64,000 bases of DNA from Phoronis australis. Lineage: Eukaryota; Animalia; Phoronida. Positions 12,949 through 26,229 of the stretch are shown here, in pieces. Within the stretch, counting starts at the first letter, position 1. Each line of letters begins with the position of its first letter. The notes beneath the pieces are model-generated. The model saw nothing but the letters and a program-made list of their open reading frames with translations, was not told where the DNA came from and ran no database searches. A program made the position numbers and the translations under genes. Location: positions 351,765 through 415,764 of the forward strand of contig NMRA01000267.1 of the NCBI GenBank assembly GCA_002633005.1. Direction: 5' to 3'.

Positions 12949-13065
12949 TTTCCCGCAGCGCACGGTGTTTGTGTTGTCTCGGCTGGTTCCACGGTGCATA
13001 AAATTTATGTTCAGGAAATGTGAATCCCAGAAATTATGGTTGCGCCTTTTCGGAGTGCATCTTTA

Positions 13066-16000
13066 TAGTTGGTGGGCCAGAATTTGTAGAGCCTCTAGAA
13101 TATGGTTTTTGAGAGTACTTTAGGGGGGCAATTTTATTTTGGTGTTTTTAATTCATTTATTAGAGTGTTTTCAAAATCTAAAAACTTCCCACATATAAAG
13201 TTGCACATTTTTGAGAAATTTGAGTTTGAAGTTACCTAATAATCACCAAAGAGCTTAGTAAACTTATATTTGTAAAAACAACAGTTTTGGTGACTTTTTT
13301 GTAAAACAAGTAATATGGTCCCATCAGTGCCATTGCATTGAACAATATTACATACACATTACATGTTTTACTATTGTAGATTAATTGTAAACAATGAAAT
13401 TTAAAAATGTAAAGAGACACCTAGTGGCAAAAATGCAAACTAGGTCTGAATGTTGCTAGGAAGTTATTCTGGCATTGTCTGGCAACAAAAACAACACAAA
13501 ACACTTGAGACTGGACAAAATTTGTGCCTCAGTGACTAAAACATTGACTATTGGTTTAAAATACAGCTTGTTTGCATAATACACCAGAAATACTTTATAG
13601 TACAAAAACAATATAGTTGAATGATCTCTGTGAATGTGCACACAGACTGTATGAAAATAATAGATTATTCTGTCAGCGTTTATTAAAGAGTATGCGACAA
13701 ATACATGACAATGATCAAAGTACATGTATGTACTTTCTATGACTTAATCAACAAATAAAATTAACTTTTTAATTAAAAAAAAAAACGAATTAACGGGGTT
13801 GGAGGTCAATTTAGGGTTGACTTGTCAAAGAACTATCCAATGTTATGCAGTAAGTGTTGCTGTTGTTACTACAGTTGTCACAGCTGCACATTTCTGTGCA
13901 GTTTGACCCAGCATTGCAGCACAAACTCAGTTTCCCAGCACAAATGTTCTTTTTGCACTTGCAGCGTTCATGATTTAGTACTGTCAATGGAGATGTGGGC
14001 ATTGCCATACACTTTAACTGCAAAGCTCCACCATCAAGGAGCCAACTATGGTCGATTAGAGAGGGTACAGCACTGCACACTGGTGATTGGCCCGCAGGCA
14101 ATGAAGGGTCAAACACGAAGTCCTTGTTTAGAGGCGGGCAGGATTTGGGCAAACGTTTGATTCAAAATATATTATAATGGGCTGTGTTAATTAGAGTCAG
14201 CAAGTGAATTATTGAACACTAGCCTCTATTCACCAAGTTCATATCTCTTAGTCGGGCACAAACTACAACAGTGAGTAGTTCAATAATCGTTTCTTAAGAT
14301 TGCCTGTCCAAATAACTTCATGCACACCAGCTTTCTGAAGAACAGCTTCAAAGTCTTGATTTAGTTTTGAAAGGCAAATGACATATCCATGTGTTAGAAG
14401 CTTTGATTCAATGAACTAGAAAAACATCTCTGAAAACTGTGGATTCGTCACTCTTCACAATCCTTGTCTTTCTATTTTTATAGCATGATGATTTGTTTTA
14501 CTTGGCTTCTAAGACACAAGGTCTTTATCTTTAAATTTCATTTGCATATTCAGGGCTCTGGACTGAGCTATTGCTTGCGATACAAGTCCAACTGAAACAA
14601 AAAACCCGAACTGTTAACACTAATTTAACATTCAACTATGAATGAGTTGGCATGCAACTTTTTCAGACAGACTTATCAGGAACTGATCCACCACCAGCCT
14701 AACAAATTTACATGCCGTCTGATCTGTCGCCTAAAAATGTTCATCGTCTAATAATTAGATTAGTTGATGCAACTGAAAATAAATCAGCTGATATAGCAGT
14801 GCAGTTATTGAAATTTAATTTTTTTAAATCAGATGCTCAAACCATAGTCAATCGATTTACACTTAAGGTAATCGACGTTTGACGAAATGGACAGTGGCTT
14901 CCATCGTCCTCAAATTACGACGGCGACGATGTCCACTTAGGCACTTTAATTTAATTATCATTGCAGCTACCTAAGTAATTAATGTTTACAAAAAATTGAG
15001 AAGAGGTTCCCCCTATCCCAGGACTACGGCAGGGGATGGCGGCCACTTGGGCATGTTGTTTGCAACCATCTACTCCATTTAACCTTCTCAAAAAAATTTT
15101 GACTTAGAGTGCTTTAAAATCACACCCACAGTATAACGCCATATGATTATCCCTTAGCGCAAGAATTGTCGATGTGGCAACTGAACAATGGAGTGTTCGA
15201 AAAACAGGATTGCAGGAGTATTTGTTTAAACTGGGAACAAATGAAAACATTAACGACCACCTCAGAGGCATCTCTCTACGCGGTAGTTCTAAACTTATAG
15301 GAAATAATTTACCGAAAAGCATCCGGCATATGGAGTACCTATGGTATGATCACCGTCTCTACTGGGTCAGCGGTATTGTCTAAGGCCTAGGCAGCCAAGG
15401 GGCTGAACAAGTTAAAAAAACAACTGGTGATAATACTGAAACACTCATGGAAACACCAAGATGTACCTTTCAAAAACAAGTACCTGTTTTTGAAAGCTAT
15501 CCTTTCTCTTTCTTGAAATATAGTCCATAATATACTTTTCCTGCTAACAATTGATGCACTCATGTTTCAGAATGTTCCTATCTTGTTCAGGTTAATTGGG
15601 TGTTTCAGATTTTGGAAGTATAATTGATTTCTTGGGAAATCTTGGATAACATCTGTATCACTTTCAGCAACTTCAGCTTTAGTACTACTGCTGGTGTCTT
15701 GAAACGTTGCTATGCCGTTCTATGTCCTTTCAATTTTTTGGTCTGACGCTTGGTCTTCTAGTCTACAGCACTCAGCAGTATACTGTGTAGGCTATACCAG
15801 AACATGCAGCTGTTTTCTGCACAAACGTTTGTGACACCTCTTCTTCTTTTTGATATACTGATATACAGAGTTCCACAGTCCATTAGCTTTCGTCAGGAAG
15901 CTTTCCTAAGCTTCTTTAAGCTCTGGCATCACAATTTTGTGCTGTTTGATAAACATTGAATTATACAGGCATCACACTCCATGGGAGCAGCCATATTGAA

Positions 16001-16252
16001 GTAAATAAGCACAATAATACAATCTGGTTCTCTGATTGGTCAATTCAGTAGAAAAGCGCCACCAAGTGGCAGGAATGTGCATCATGTTTTGTGCATCAAA
16101 AACACCTTTTTAAAAAAAATGTGCAAGTGTAGACGTTGGAGCTTTTTGGAATTTGATTTATAGGTATATTCTCCAGCCACATAGAAAAAACTAGGTTGCC
16201 CCCCCCAAAGTACTCACAAGGATGAACGCTATGAGATCTGGCCCACCGACTA
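13066..16252 (-). mobile_element. Academ DNA transposon, internally deleted
   Basis: Imperfect ~65-bp TIRs starting tagt(t/c)ggtgggccag; 3-bp TSD tta. Minus-strand CXC-type C-terminus CKCKKNICAGKLSLCCNAGSNCTEMCSCDNCSN at 13811-14152. The interrupted host repeat is intact and inverted at ~33800-34055. Confidence 0.85.
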
Positions 16253-16521
16253 TTATACTGTCGATGTCTTTTGTTTACGATACTGTCCTGTATTCATACA
16301 GTATGAATAACACACCGGCTAAATCGGCCAGAAATGTGTTTGTTGTACATGCATGTGCTTCAAGCACGCGGCTTTGCTGCGACACCACTTGCATGACAAG
16401 GCTAAAAATTGCTCATAGTCCACCATTTTTTCACGTTGTTGTAAAGCTAACCAATGACTGCCGAGGTTACATCAACCAATGCTAATGCGCATGCTATTGC
16501 GTGATACCTGCATGCAGATTA

Positions 16522-16661
16522 GGCGTGCGCTAGGACCTACGCTAGGACCTAGCTAAAATCTAGTCAAAGTCACGTGTTCTTAATTAAAATACACGGCAAT
16601 GTCTCACTTATCTCGTGAAGTCTTGCTTTTTAGCGAGGTCCTAGCGCTACTGAACGGGAGG
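16522..16661. mobile_element. Small MITE with gctaggaccta repeats (inverted copy at 34757-34888)
   Basis: Shared gctaggacctacgctaggacc and ...actgaa ends in opposite orientation. Confidence 0.6.
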
Positions 16662-18118
16662 TAGGCACGTAGGGAACTAGCGAGTAATCCCAGTGGCTGC
16701 CTCCATCATTGTGTCATGGACTGTGGGGACATCTAGCGGGTGTGTGTGCGCTGACGAAGTACGCGAGGCGTCGACTACCATGGCCAATTTTAGTTTGTCA
16801 AATTCAAAATTGTGAAGTGTCTTTGTTTAAAATATTGAGAACCAAAAATGAGAAGTGTAATGGAAAAATACGCGTAGGCAAAATACAAAGCAAACCAAGA
16901 AAAAAATTGGGCAGCAAAGATGATATAAATTGCGAGAAATATATCAACAAGAGGGTGACTCAGTAATCAGAGGTTAGCAGGCAAAATTTGGTAATCGGAG
17001 GGTGGAAAGGTAAAAAACCTGTAGGATTTGGCCAGGGAGAGGCTCAGGGAGGTAATAAACATAAGATAGATCTGCTGAAGACGAGGTATGAGCAGAAACA
17101 GGGAGTGGGGCTCCCCTCAACCAAAAAGCTTGTTGGGAGGAGACAGCTTTCTGCCTCCAATATTCCAGGTGTTCATATCAATTAATTAACAATTAATTAT
17201 TATAAGTTTCAACACACAAAGTATGTTTAAAAATAAAATTGAAAAGTTAGCAGACTCTCCTCCCAACCACCACCAAATGTTTCCTACGCCAATGTCCAAA
17301 AACTATACTGTTACCCCATTCAAAGACGGGTCCAGACTTTTGTATCGAAAATCCACAAATTACGGCATTCTACATTCAAGCAAGTGTGTGGATGTGTCCA
17401 GTTACATGAAACAGTCCCAAATAGCGATTCAATAGGGGCAGATCCAGGATTTTTATTACGGTGGGGCAGCGTATCAAAGATATTTAAGAGGGGTGGTACA
17501 AGTCAACAATTTGAAAATTCTAGATTTGATATCACTAAAGTAAAGGCAAGATGGAGGGTTCGGACCCCTTTGACCCCTGGATCAGCCCGAGCTCAACTCA
17601 GTTGCCTAAATCTTTTGCGTATTTGTTTCGTTCTGTACCCACATTTGCTATACTTTTCTATAATTTTATCTTCATTACGAACTGACCTAAAAACTGAGCC
17701 CTACTTATTTTCAATAATATTGAGAATTGGTCTTTAAATGAGGGACGTTGCATGAAAAGAACCCTACTTACATGTATTTTCAACGCAGAAAACTCAGTAG
17801 ATTTAGGGAACATAGTGGAGTCGCTATTTCATGCAACCGGGCACTGGACCCCTAGCATACGTGCCTGACGGTATCTGAAATGGGTAGCGAATTGGGGTGG
17901 GTTGCGGGAAATGAAACTGGGGACAACAGTGGTACGGAACTGAAAATCAGCAAGAGATGGAATTCCTGCCTATAGTCCAATAAACCTTCCTTGTATGCCC
18001 CTATAAAGCAGTCAAGATGCCAATTGAATACACAGTCTATTTAGGTTATTTTAACGATGCTTTGCAGTTCCCGTAAACCATTCATGTTTAATTAAACCAA
18101 CTATCATCAATAAGTTAA

Positions 18119-18290
18119 AGGCATATTCAGCCTACGTAGGCAGGCCAACTTCAAAATAAATAACATAAAGACGCCTTTTTCATGACTTGTTTCAAGACCG
18201 GTGTCAAAACAAAAATCTAAACAAACGACGTCGTTACTGAGTGTAATGGGGTTTCCATGGTAATACACCGATGTAGGGCTCACTATGCCT
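18119..18290. mobile_element. Kolobok-type MITE
   Basis: TTAA on both sides (18115-18118, 18291-18294); TIR aggcata..agcc(c)tac. Confidence 0.75.
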
Positions 18291-18769
18291 TTAAAAGGAC
18301 AATTCCCTCAAAACTTCCTACGGCAAATTATCAAACAGGTTATCAAACCATACAAATAATATTTATTATGCACTGAAGTCCATACCATGATAGAAAATAA
18401 ATGTGCACCTCGAACTGCAGTAGAACGCAGTGAACAGTAAAGACATTAAGTTCAACAGCTTCACACAAAAATATCCTTTGTTTCAAACGTAATCTGTGTA
18501 GGAGGAAAAACTAAAACACGTCTGATTTATTGAAATATTGAGAGAACACTGAACGCAAGTAAAAACTACATAGCGCTATAAGTATTATGACGAAAGTAAA
18601 CTTGGAACAAACTGATTGGAAGTATATTAGAAACGTAAGGAAGAAAATCCGGAAAAACAATGGAACCCATATCGCAAAGTGAACGTGAAACGTGAACCAG
18701 AAAGGAATATTAACGTCATGACATCCTCCCCGGGAAAAACGGTTAATTCCAAACGCATCTACAGATAGT

Positions 18770-19363
18770 TCATGCTAGTGAAGATTCCAGAGGATATAAC
18801 TTCGTAATGGGTCGGTGGGTTAGACCGGATTTTGTGCGCAGCGATACAGATCGAATATTATTGTCACGTCCTACATTTAACTCATCAACCTTTCCTAGTT
18901 GCCAAAGTATTCTTGGTAAATTGTCATCATGTATTAAAACAATGTCTGCAGTCTGTATTGAAGTAGGATTCCCTGTTTTTTTCTGATTGTTTGACATTTC
19001 CCTTAGTGACGTCAAATACACGTGTTTCCACCGCTGCACAAATGTGCTAATCAATTGAAAACGTTTGTTGTACACGGCATCGAGAGTTGTTTGGTGGAAG
19101 TCAGGATCGAAGAGTTCATCTATATCAACATGCCGAAACGGTAAATTTCCAACAGCACGACCATAGATGAGTTGCTTTGGTATGAGTGGATCTGCGACAG
19201 AAATGTCACTGGACAAAAATGTTAGTAGGCGGTTGTTTATTTCGCACTCGCATCCTGGGAGAACCGTGTTCAGCTCATGATAATAAATCCTAGATCGACC
19301 GCGCACCTTCTTATAGTAGTTTTTGTGAGTCCAATCAAACTTTTCCAAAATCCTCCATACCAT
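18770..19363 (-). pseudogene. BEL/Pao integrase C-terminal region
   Basis: ORF 18770-19363: INNRLL, WQLGKVDEL..GRDNNIRSVSLRT, RPITKLYPLE. Confidence 0.9.
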
Positions 19364-19652
19364 GGAGCTCTTCTAGGAATGAATTTCCACTCAATGTTTC
19401 TGTAAGTTAGAAAGTCTTGAACGTTGGACCAACTTCCAAACCGTCATTCAGCGATGTGTTGCTTGAATTGGCCTTGCAACTACACTCAGTTGTACACTAT
19501 CCGAATGGGCGTCCTTTTAGAGTCGGGCTGTGTGGGATGAAGTGACCACTTGAGATGGGCGAATCGACAAACTGAATAATACCATCGCGTAATTGCTTTC
19601 CAATGATCTTTTGATAGCGATCACGAGTGTCGGAGTCGAGTCGTCTGACCAT

Positions 19653-21272
19653 AGACCCTATTCACGCCGACAGGAGGCGCGTTCCAAAACGAGGCTCGCT
19701 ACGATAGCTCTGTTAGCTTATCGGCATAGCAGTCTGTGTTTCAGTCCGTGTTGTTCCCCGAACGGCTAGAAAAAATACGGACACGCTTCACAATCTCTAA
19801 AGACGTTTAGATTCGGAAGCGTTGGGTCGTTGCCATACGCCGACGAAGCAAAATATGTCCGTGTAAAATAAATGTTTTCGAAAAGTTAGATCATATTTTG
19901 TNAACCAGGGGGTCTTGGGGGTGAGTAAACAACGCATAGGCGCTGAATGAACCCCGTTTACCGTTTTCTTTAGTCAACAGGTCCGCAAACCCAAGAATTC
20001 AAGACCCCTGCATCCCCAGATTTTAGGCTGGGCGCGCGCATCTGCCGAAATGCTACTTATTACTGTGCCTGCCCCCCCTAATTCAAAATCCTGGATCCGC
20101 CCCTGCACGGGTTGAAACATTATAATTTTTCTTTCCAAAAAGGACAGAGCCCCCAATCCCTCAAATTTAGGGCCCAATATCGGCCCTATTCCCCTCTAAA
20201 AAATATTGAAATATCACGCGAAATTCCCCCCACGAGGCATAAAAATTACCCTAGTGAAAAATCTCTCTGAGTTCACATAACCTGTAACCACACAGGTGAC
20301 AATTTTTTAAGAGCACAAAAGGCTACTTTAAAATGAGACAGAGCCTATGAGAGCTTGCAACAGGGCGGGGGTGCTATTGATGGTGATCGGGAGGTAGACT
20401 GTTCCCGCCCTCACACGGCGAAAAAATGGCCTCTCAGTAGGCACTGGCACCTTTCCCCTCGGATGAACGAGGTTCCTGCAGAAACATGATAACTATGATC
20501 TCATTGTCCAGTTAACTGAAATTGAGTTCTAAAAAGAGGTCACGTTTTGGACGAACGAATTAGGTGTTTTAATTTTAAAATTCAACTTGGTCCAAATTGA
20601 TACTTGAAATCTAACACATGAAATAGACGTAAGAATTATTACAACCAAGAAAACAGAATTGATGGTCAAATAATTTTTATTTTCAATTGCGAGTCTGGTT
20701 TATTATTTTAATAAAAATATATTTAAAAACATCAATTATTCTTTCAGATCAATGACAAATCAACTGTTAGTCCCGGGGAGTGCATAGGATCAGGCTATGC
20801 TTGATTTTAATATTCTTGATCAACAAATTAAACCAGATGTGACTAATTGCACATGACAGCCACCACTGTCGAATATGTCTTCAACTCGTCAACAATACGA
20901 GCAGATGACCTGGTCCGCGTAGAAAGTATTTTGATCAAAAATTTACAAGAAAAAAGTAACCCTGCATTCAGCATAATACCTAATCCGTAACACTACGATC
21001 GCCGCAATTTGTTCTATTTACTTTTCATGTTTCGAGCCTAGTTTTCCGAAAAAAATTAAACTCTTTCGTCAGACAACTCTTTGACGCCTTAACTTGTTCT
21101 CTAATGTAATTTTCTACGTCTGTGTGGTTTAATTGTTGACACATTATTAAAATTCAGTATCCAGGTTGAACTCGAAAGACCGGCTATTTAACTCACGCAA
21201 TGTCTACTTTCGCTTTGTTTATCGCAGTGAGCCTCGCTTTGGATTTTAATGTCCGCCGCGTGAATAGAGTCT
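19653..21272. mobile_element. Non-autonomous DNA transposon with AT TSD (ISL2EU-like), nested in BEL pol
   Basis: TIR agac(c/t)ctattcacgc. Removing the element and one AT restores the in-frame BEL sequence SRTRAMVRRLDSD. Confidence 0.8.
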
Positions 21273-21630
21273 ATGGCACGTGTGCGGGAAAGAGCTACGC
21301 CATAGTTTGTCGGTAAGTCTGGATGGTCAGTCTTCCAAGGCAGTCTCGCATCATATCTGCCGGTTTCGGCCTCACTGGTAATGGTGTCGTAAAACTAATG
21401 TAGATCGTTTTGATGATTTTCAGCAGACTTTACTCCTGTCTTTGTAATGTTTTATGCCGATGTGCTCTAAATCCCAGTAACGTTCCAGGTCCAGCGGGTC
21501 TGTAACAGCCAAGTGTTGTACACAGATAGTGGATTGACTGCCGGGATCACTTTGTCGCAGTGGACCCGAAAACCAGATATCCTAACTTGGATTTGACGGC
21601 CGTAGGTCCATCGCCACGAATGACTAAGTC

Positions 21631-22335
21631 TTAAACAAAGTCCCAGCATCTATCTGCACCGATTAAAATGTCTACTATAAAGTGACCATCTTGGTTAGAG
21701 GAATGAGCTAGACGTAGACCCGTAAGATGTCCACAGGCACGAACGGTATCCAATTTAATTTGAAGGGGAGCGGCAACATGAGGAACAACTAATACCTCCA
21801 ACGGGATAGTGGTGCCATCGAGCGTTGTCACAAAAACGCGGCATACGTCAAATGTGTTCGATGATCTGTGTTCCGCACCAAATGTGGTGATGCTTAGGTT
21901 TTCCTGTCGAACTGGTTTGAGGTGTACCTTTGAGGCGAGTGGTGAACTTATAAACGATCGTTGAGCACCCTCGTCGAAAAGAATGTTCGCTATGTGTGTC
22001 ATCTGGCTACCGTCACTGACTGACGCAGTGGCTGTTTTGAGTAGAACCTTGTTCGCAGAGGAGACATGCATCGTCACTGATGTATTGTTTGCTTGAATGG
22101 CGGGGTTTGTCCTTGATGGTTGCGGGTTTTCTGATAGGTCACTTTGAGACAGACGCAAATTACATGAGAAGTCACTCTGGGGTGGAGGCGGGTTTCTTGC
22201 GTGGGCTGTCTCGTTGTGTTGGGTTGATGCGGGTGAATGTTCGCCGATTTGACTGCACAGGATGGTGTGATGTTTTGCTTTACATCTTCTACATCTGTTT
22301 TGTGATTTACAAACTGCTATTTTGTGTCGCCCCAA
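21631..22335 (-). pseudogene. BEL/Pao gag zinc knuckle and aspartic protease
   Basis: CRRCKAKHHTILC; VLLKTA; ILFDEGAQRSFIS; VDILIGAD. Confidence 0.9.
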
Positions 22336-23269
22336 ACAGTTAAAACAAGTTTTTTGTTGCTTAACAATGTTGAGTTTGTCATCGCAAGGACGTTAGCAAA
22401 AGGTTGCTGAGTGCGCTGCGGTGTTGCAGGAAAAAACACATGCGAGGATATTTGTAGGTGTTTGTAAGAAAAGGCGCAGTTGGCGGTGTCGAGGTAGGAG
22501 GACCATGTATGTCGACACAGGCATTGATCACATCTAGTTCTGTTTTCATATTTTTCCGTAGTGTTGTCATGGTCAAATCCAAAGCATCACCGTTGGCTCT
22601 AGCTACATGTATGTTCTCGCGGATCCGATTTGGTAATTTATCTAAGATAGTAGGCACCAATAAGTCCTTGTTTTCATGAGGGTCCAGTGCATAAAGGCTG
22701 CGAATAAGTTTTTCGAAGGTGTCATAAAATTTCTGGAAGTTTCCATCACTGTAAATGTCGTGTAGAGTACGTGCTGTATGATGTGCGTGCGTATTTTCGT
22801 TGCTGAACCGTATCTTTCCAGTAGGAGCTCTATGGCGACTGTATAAATTGCGTTTGTCAACTGTATGCCAGCAATGACGTCCAGCGCAGGTCCTTTCAGC
22901 ACGGATTTAAGATACTGGAATCTTTGTACGGGTTGCAGATGGTTATTTTTGTGGATCGTGTTTTTTACGAATCAGAGAAAGCGTGAAAATCTAGTAGATC
23001 TCCAGAAATTTGGCGAGTTCCAGCTTGGGTAAGTGTTGGTTGTCGGGGCTGGCGAAGAATGTGATAGCAGTTGTAGACTCGGTGGCTTAGGAAGCGCTGA
23101 CATGGTGAATTCATCGCGATCTATTTGTAGGTTATTCAGTAACTATGTGATAATGAAGAGGTATTCGTTGCTGCTTTCCAGATATTGTACTTGGTCGCTA
23201 TTATCGATGATGGTCGATGCAACTTGTGTTTCGTATTCCACATAAAGGTTCTTTTGGTCTTCAATGTGT

Positions 23270-25634
23270 TTTATCCCATACACGTTGAATCTGTCGAGGG
23301 AAATACGACCATGTAATAATGTTTTCCGTATTCACCTCCCGCACTACTTCAACAGTGACCTCTGACACTGAAGGTTCAAATGGTAGGTCAATGTTGACTC
23401 GACGTCGTTTGCCGGTTAAATCATCAAACTTTCGGAAAATAGTAGTAATACAATCGTAGCAGTGTAAATACCACTCAACATGCAACCAGCTCTCAATCGT
23501 AACGTCTGGAACAGGACTGCTAATTATACGACAGTTTCTGTCTTTTAACATCTTCGTGAAAGCAGACGACGCGTAGGCTACGCGCTCCGGTCAATGACCT
23601 AGTTTCATGAATGAGTGCAGCTACCCGATGAGGATTTTACAATGTTGTAAATATTCTTGCTATTTATTTATTTATTTTCGAAATATGATGCAAGTTCAAT
23701 GCACAATAACTGTCGTTTTCACACTTTTATCAATTTCAAGGAATAAACCGTTACATTCAGAGGCGGATTTATGGGGGGGGGGGGGNNNNNNNNNNNNNNN
23801 NNNNNNNNNNNNNNNNNNNNNNNNNNNNNNNNNNNNNNNNNNNNNNNNNNNNNNNNNNGGGGGGGGGGGGCTCAGATCCAATTTCAAGTGTCAAATTTGG
23901 AACGCGGCTTATTCGTAACGGAAGTATGGCTAAGTATAGGCTCTCCCGCGATATCCCAGGCGACCGGCAGTGGCGCTGCGCACTACGACTCCGTTTCCGT
24001 CGTCTGCTCCACTGTGCAATGAAGAAAATTTACTTCATTTTTTAAAGAAAATAGAACCTGAGTGACGATGAAAAAACAGAAGCTGCTGGTAAGATGTGAA
24101 TTTTAATCGAAGCCTTAGTGAATCACTCAGAAACTCATAATTAAGTTTGTCAAACTGACTTTTAAGTCTTAAAACACGATTTCCTAAGCAACCCGTCATT
24201 ATTGCCAACACAAAAAACGGATTTGGTCTTTTGGGCATTTGAAGAGTATTTTAAATACAACAAATTTGTTAAGAACCGATTGCACAAAACATAAAACGTG
24301 TAATAAGCATTACAAAAAGAAGTAGGTTTCGCGCGCAAACGCTATGGACCATAAACAAGTAGGTCTCTTAGTAGACGTTAGCAGATAAGTCGTGGTGGTG
24401 TAGTGCTAGCGCTCGTGCCCGCCGACCGCCAGGTCGTGAGTTGGAGTCTCTGGTAAGTCTTTTTGTTCCTGTTTGTTACGTTCTTCGTGTTTTTTTTCTT
24501 GGATAATACTTCAGGAATCAAGGAAAATGATTGATTTTTGGAGGAAAAAACAGAAAAATTTCGTTGGCGTGAGGGGGCAAATCTCCCCTCCCGACCACCC
24601 CCCTTCGGTGCTATGCGCATCAACAATCGTGGTTTGCGCAAATGCTTACAGCCGGACAAAATGTTGGCCCCCATTGTGATATCCTAGATCCGTCACTGAC
24701 ATTTAAAACTGTTTTCTTGGTAAGTTATCAACATAACGCGCACGTACATACACAACAGGTTGTGATTAGCCACGTAAACAGTCAGGGTGAAGTATTTATA
24801 AAATGCCGAAAGAACACAAAAGGAACTCACGAATTCGATGCGTATGGGATAAATACAAAACGTACATCGAGTGTCGTACACAAAATAAAATCCCACTCGA
24901 CATTATTCCGTGCATACGCGGAATAATGTCTCGTGGGATATTATTTCATGTACGCCACGCTCGGTACGTTTTGTGTATTTATCCCATACGCGTTGAATCT
25001 GTCGAGGGAAATACTGCCATGTAATAAAGTTTTCCGCATTCACCTCCCGCACTACTTCAACAGTGACCTCTGACATGGAAAGTTCAAAAGGTAGGTCAAT
25101 GTCGACTCGACGTCTTCAACCGGATCGATGATTAAACTTCCCGAATATAGTTTAAAGTAATACAGTTGCAGCAGTTTAACTAACACTCGACATGTAACCA
25201 GGCCCTAAACGTAAAATCTGGAACAAAACTGTTAATTATATGACAATTGTGTCTCAGTTTTCAATTGCTGAATTCTATATCGTCTGCAACTCAGGCGCCG
25301 ATTCCTAGGAAACTACAAAATCAAATATTGTTATTTTTTTAACTATCTCCAGGAGATGTTACAAGTTCACTGCACAGTTGGCGTTGTTTTCATCTTTGGT
25401 ACCTCTTTTCAAGAAGTAAATCGTTACTTTTAAAACTGTTTCTTTTACAAGAGAAAACTTGCAACCTAACGCGCAAGTACATACATATAGGATGAAATCG
25501 TCCATGTAAACAGTCTAGGTCAAGTATTTAAAAAATCTGCCGAAAAAATGTTTCGGTCTCGGTCGATATGCGGAATAATGTCTCGTGGGGTATTACTTCA
25601 TGTACGCCACTCTAGGTACGTTTTGTGTATTTAT
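23270..25634. mobile_element. Head-to-tail dimer of a ~650-760 bp non-coding element bounded by TTTAT direct repeats (Crypton-like), inserted in BEL gag
   Basis: TTTAT at 23270, 24978 and 25630. Units begin ccatac.cgttgaatctgtcgagggaaatac and end ggtacgttttgtgta. Excision restores in-frame gag KIDSNIKHIEDQKNLY. Confidence 0.75.
23758..24698. mobile_element. hAT5-like MITE spanning the N gap
   Basis: Ends cagaggcggat... and ...gatccgtcactg; 5-bp TSD acatt. A related copy lies at ~61490-61855. Confidence 0.75.
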
Positions 25635-26229
25635 GTTGCTGTCTATTTTTTCAATTGTTGAGATGTCGGCAAAGAAGATGTGCTGGATATTAATTTTGAG
25701 GTCTCTTGTGAAAGTCTGTCGATGATGAGCTGGCAAAGTTTCTGACTTTTCTTGCTGAGTTCCATACTACAGAACAGGTCACGGCACGAAAAAATGTGTA
25801 GAAGGGAAAACTCAGGCGGTTCGTAAACATGTTTGATTTATTGAAATAGTGAAAGAAAACTGGACGCAAGTAAAAACTACAGAACGCTATAACTATTATG
25901 ACGAAAGGAAACTGGGAACAAACTGATTGGAAGAATATTGGAAACGTAAGAAAGAAAATCCTGGAAAACATAATGGTAACTCATACCGCACAGTGAACGT
26001 GAAACGTGAACCAGAAAGGAATGTTAACGCCATGACATGATCACCATTTATCTTAATCAGTGCGGAAGCCAAAAAAAGACACGTCACTAATTTGCAATTA
26101 ACTGTTGCTGCATCCATAGGCAGTGCAAAAGCATCGTTACTTTTATACTGACCGGATACGCCATATCTTGGCATATTTGTTTAAATGCACTCACGGACGC
26201 TAGACGTCTCTACGGTCCATGAAACAACT

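Larger units (their letters stand above)
560..18110 (+). repeat. Segmental duplication, copy 1 (backbone shared with 37510-46045, interrupted by copy-specific insertions)
   Basis: Colinear diverged matches: ~590-870 with ~37520-37800; 885-1320 with 40595-41004; 1321-1840 with 41893-42350; 8200-9658 with 42470-43792; 12958-12990 with 43794-43830; 16705-18110 with 44586-46040. Confidence 0.9.
18495..26037 (-). mobile_element. BEL/Pao LTR retrotransposon, decayed, RT/RNase H largely deleted, with nested inserts
   Basis: LTRs at 18495-18723 and 25795-26037 (TG...CA); 5-bp TSD taatc/tgatc; tRNA-His-like PBS (tcgtgccgtgacc) at 25777-25789; PPT at 18724-18731. Gag with zinc knuckles, protease LFDEGAQRSFI and BEL integrase C-terminus (RWKHVYLTSLRE...HRPITKLYPLE). 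Confidence 0.95.

Noticed and set aside
21020-21080. Penelope-type hammerhead ribozyme (minus strand CTGACGA...GAAAC)
   Set aside because: Core motifs are present, but stem III and the cleavage triplet cannot be formed convincingly.
23607-24022. Gly/Pro-rich ORFs
   Set aside because: Artefacts of a poly-G tract and the N gap.
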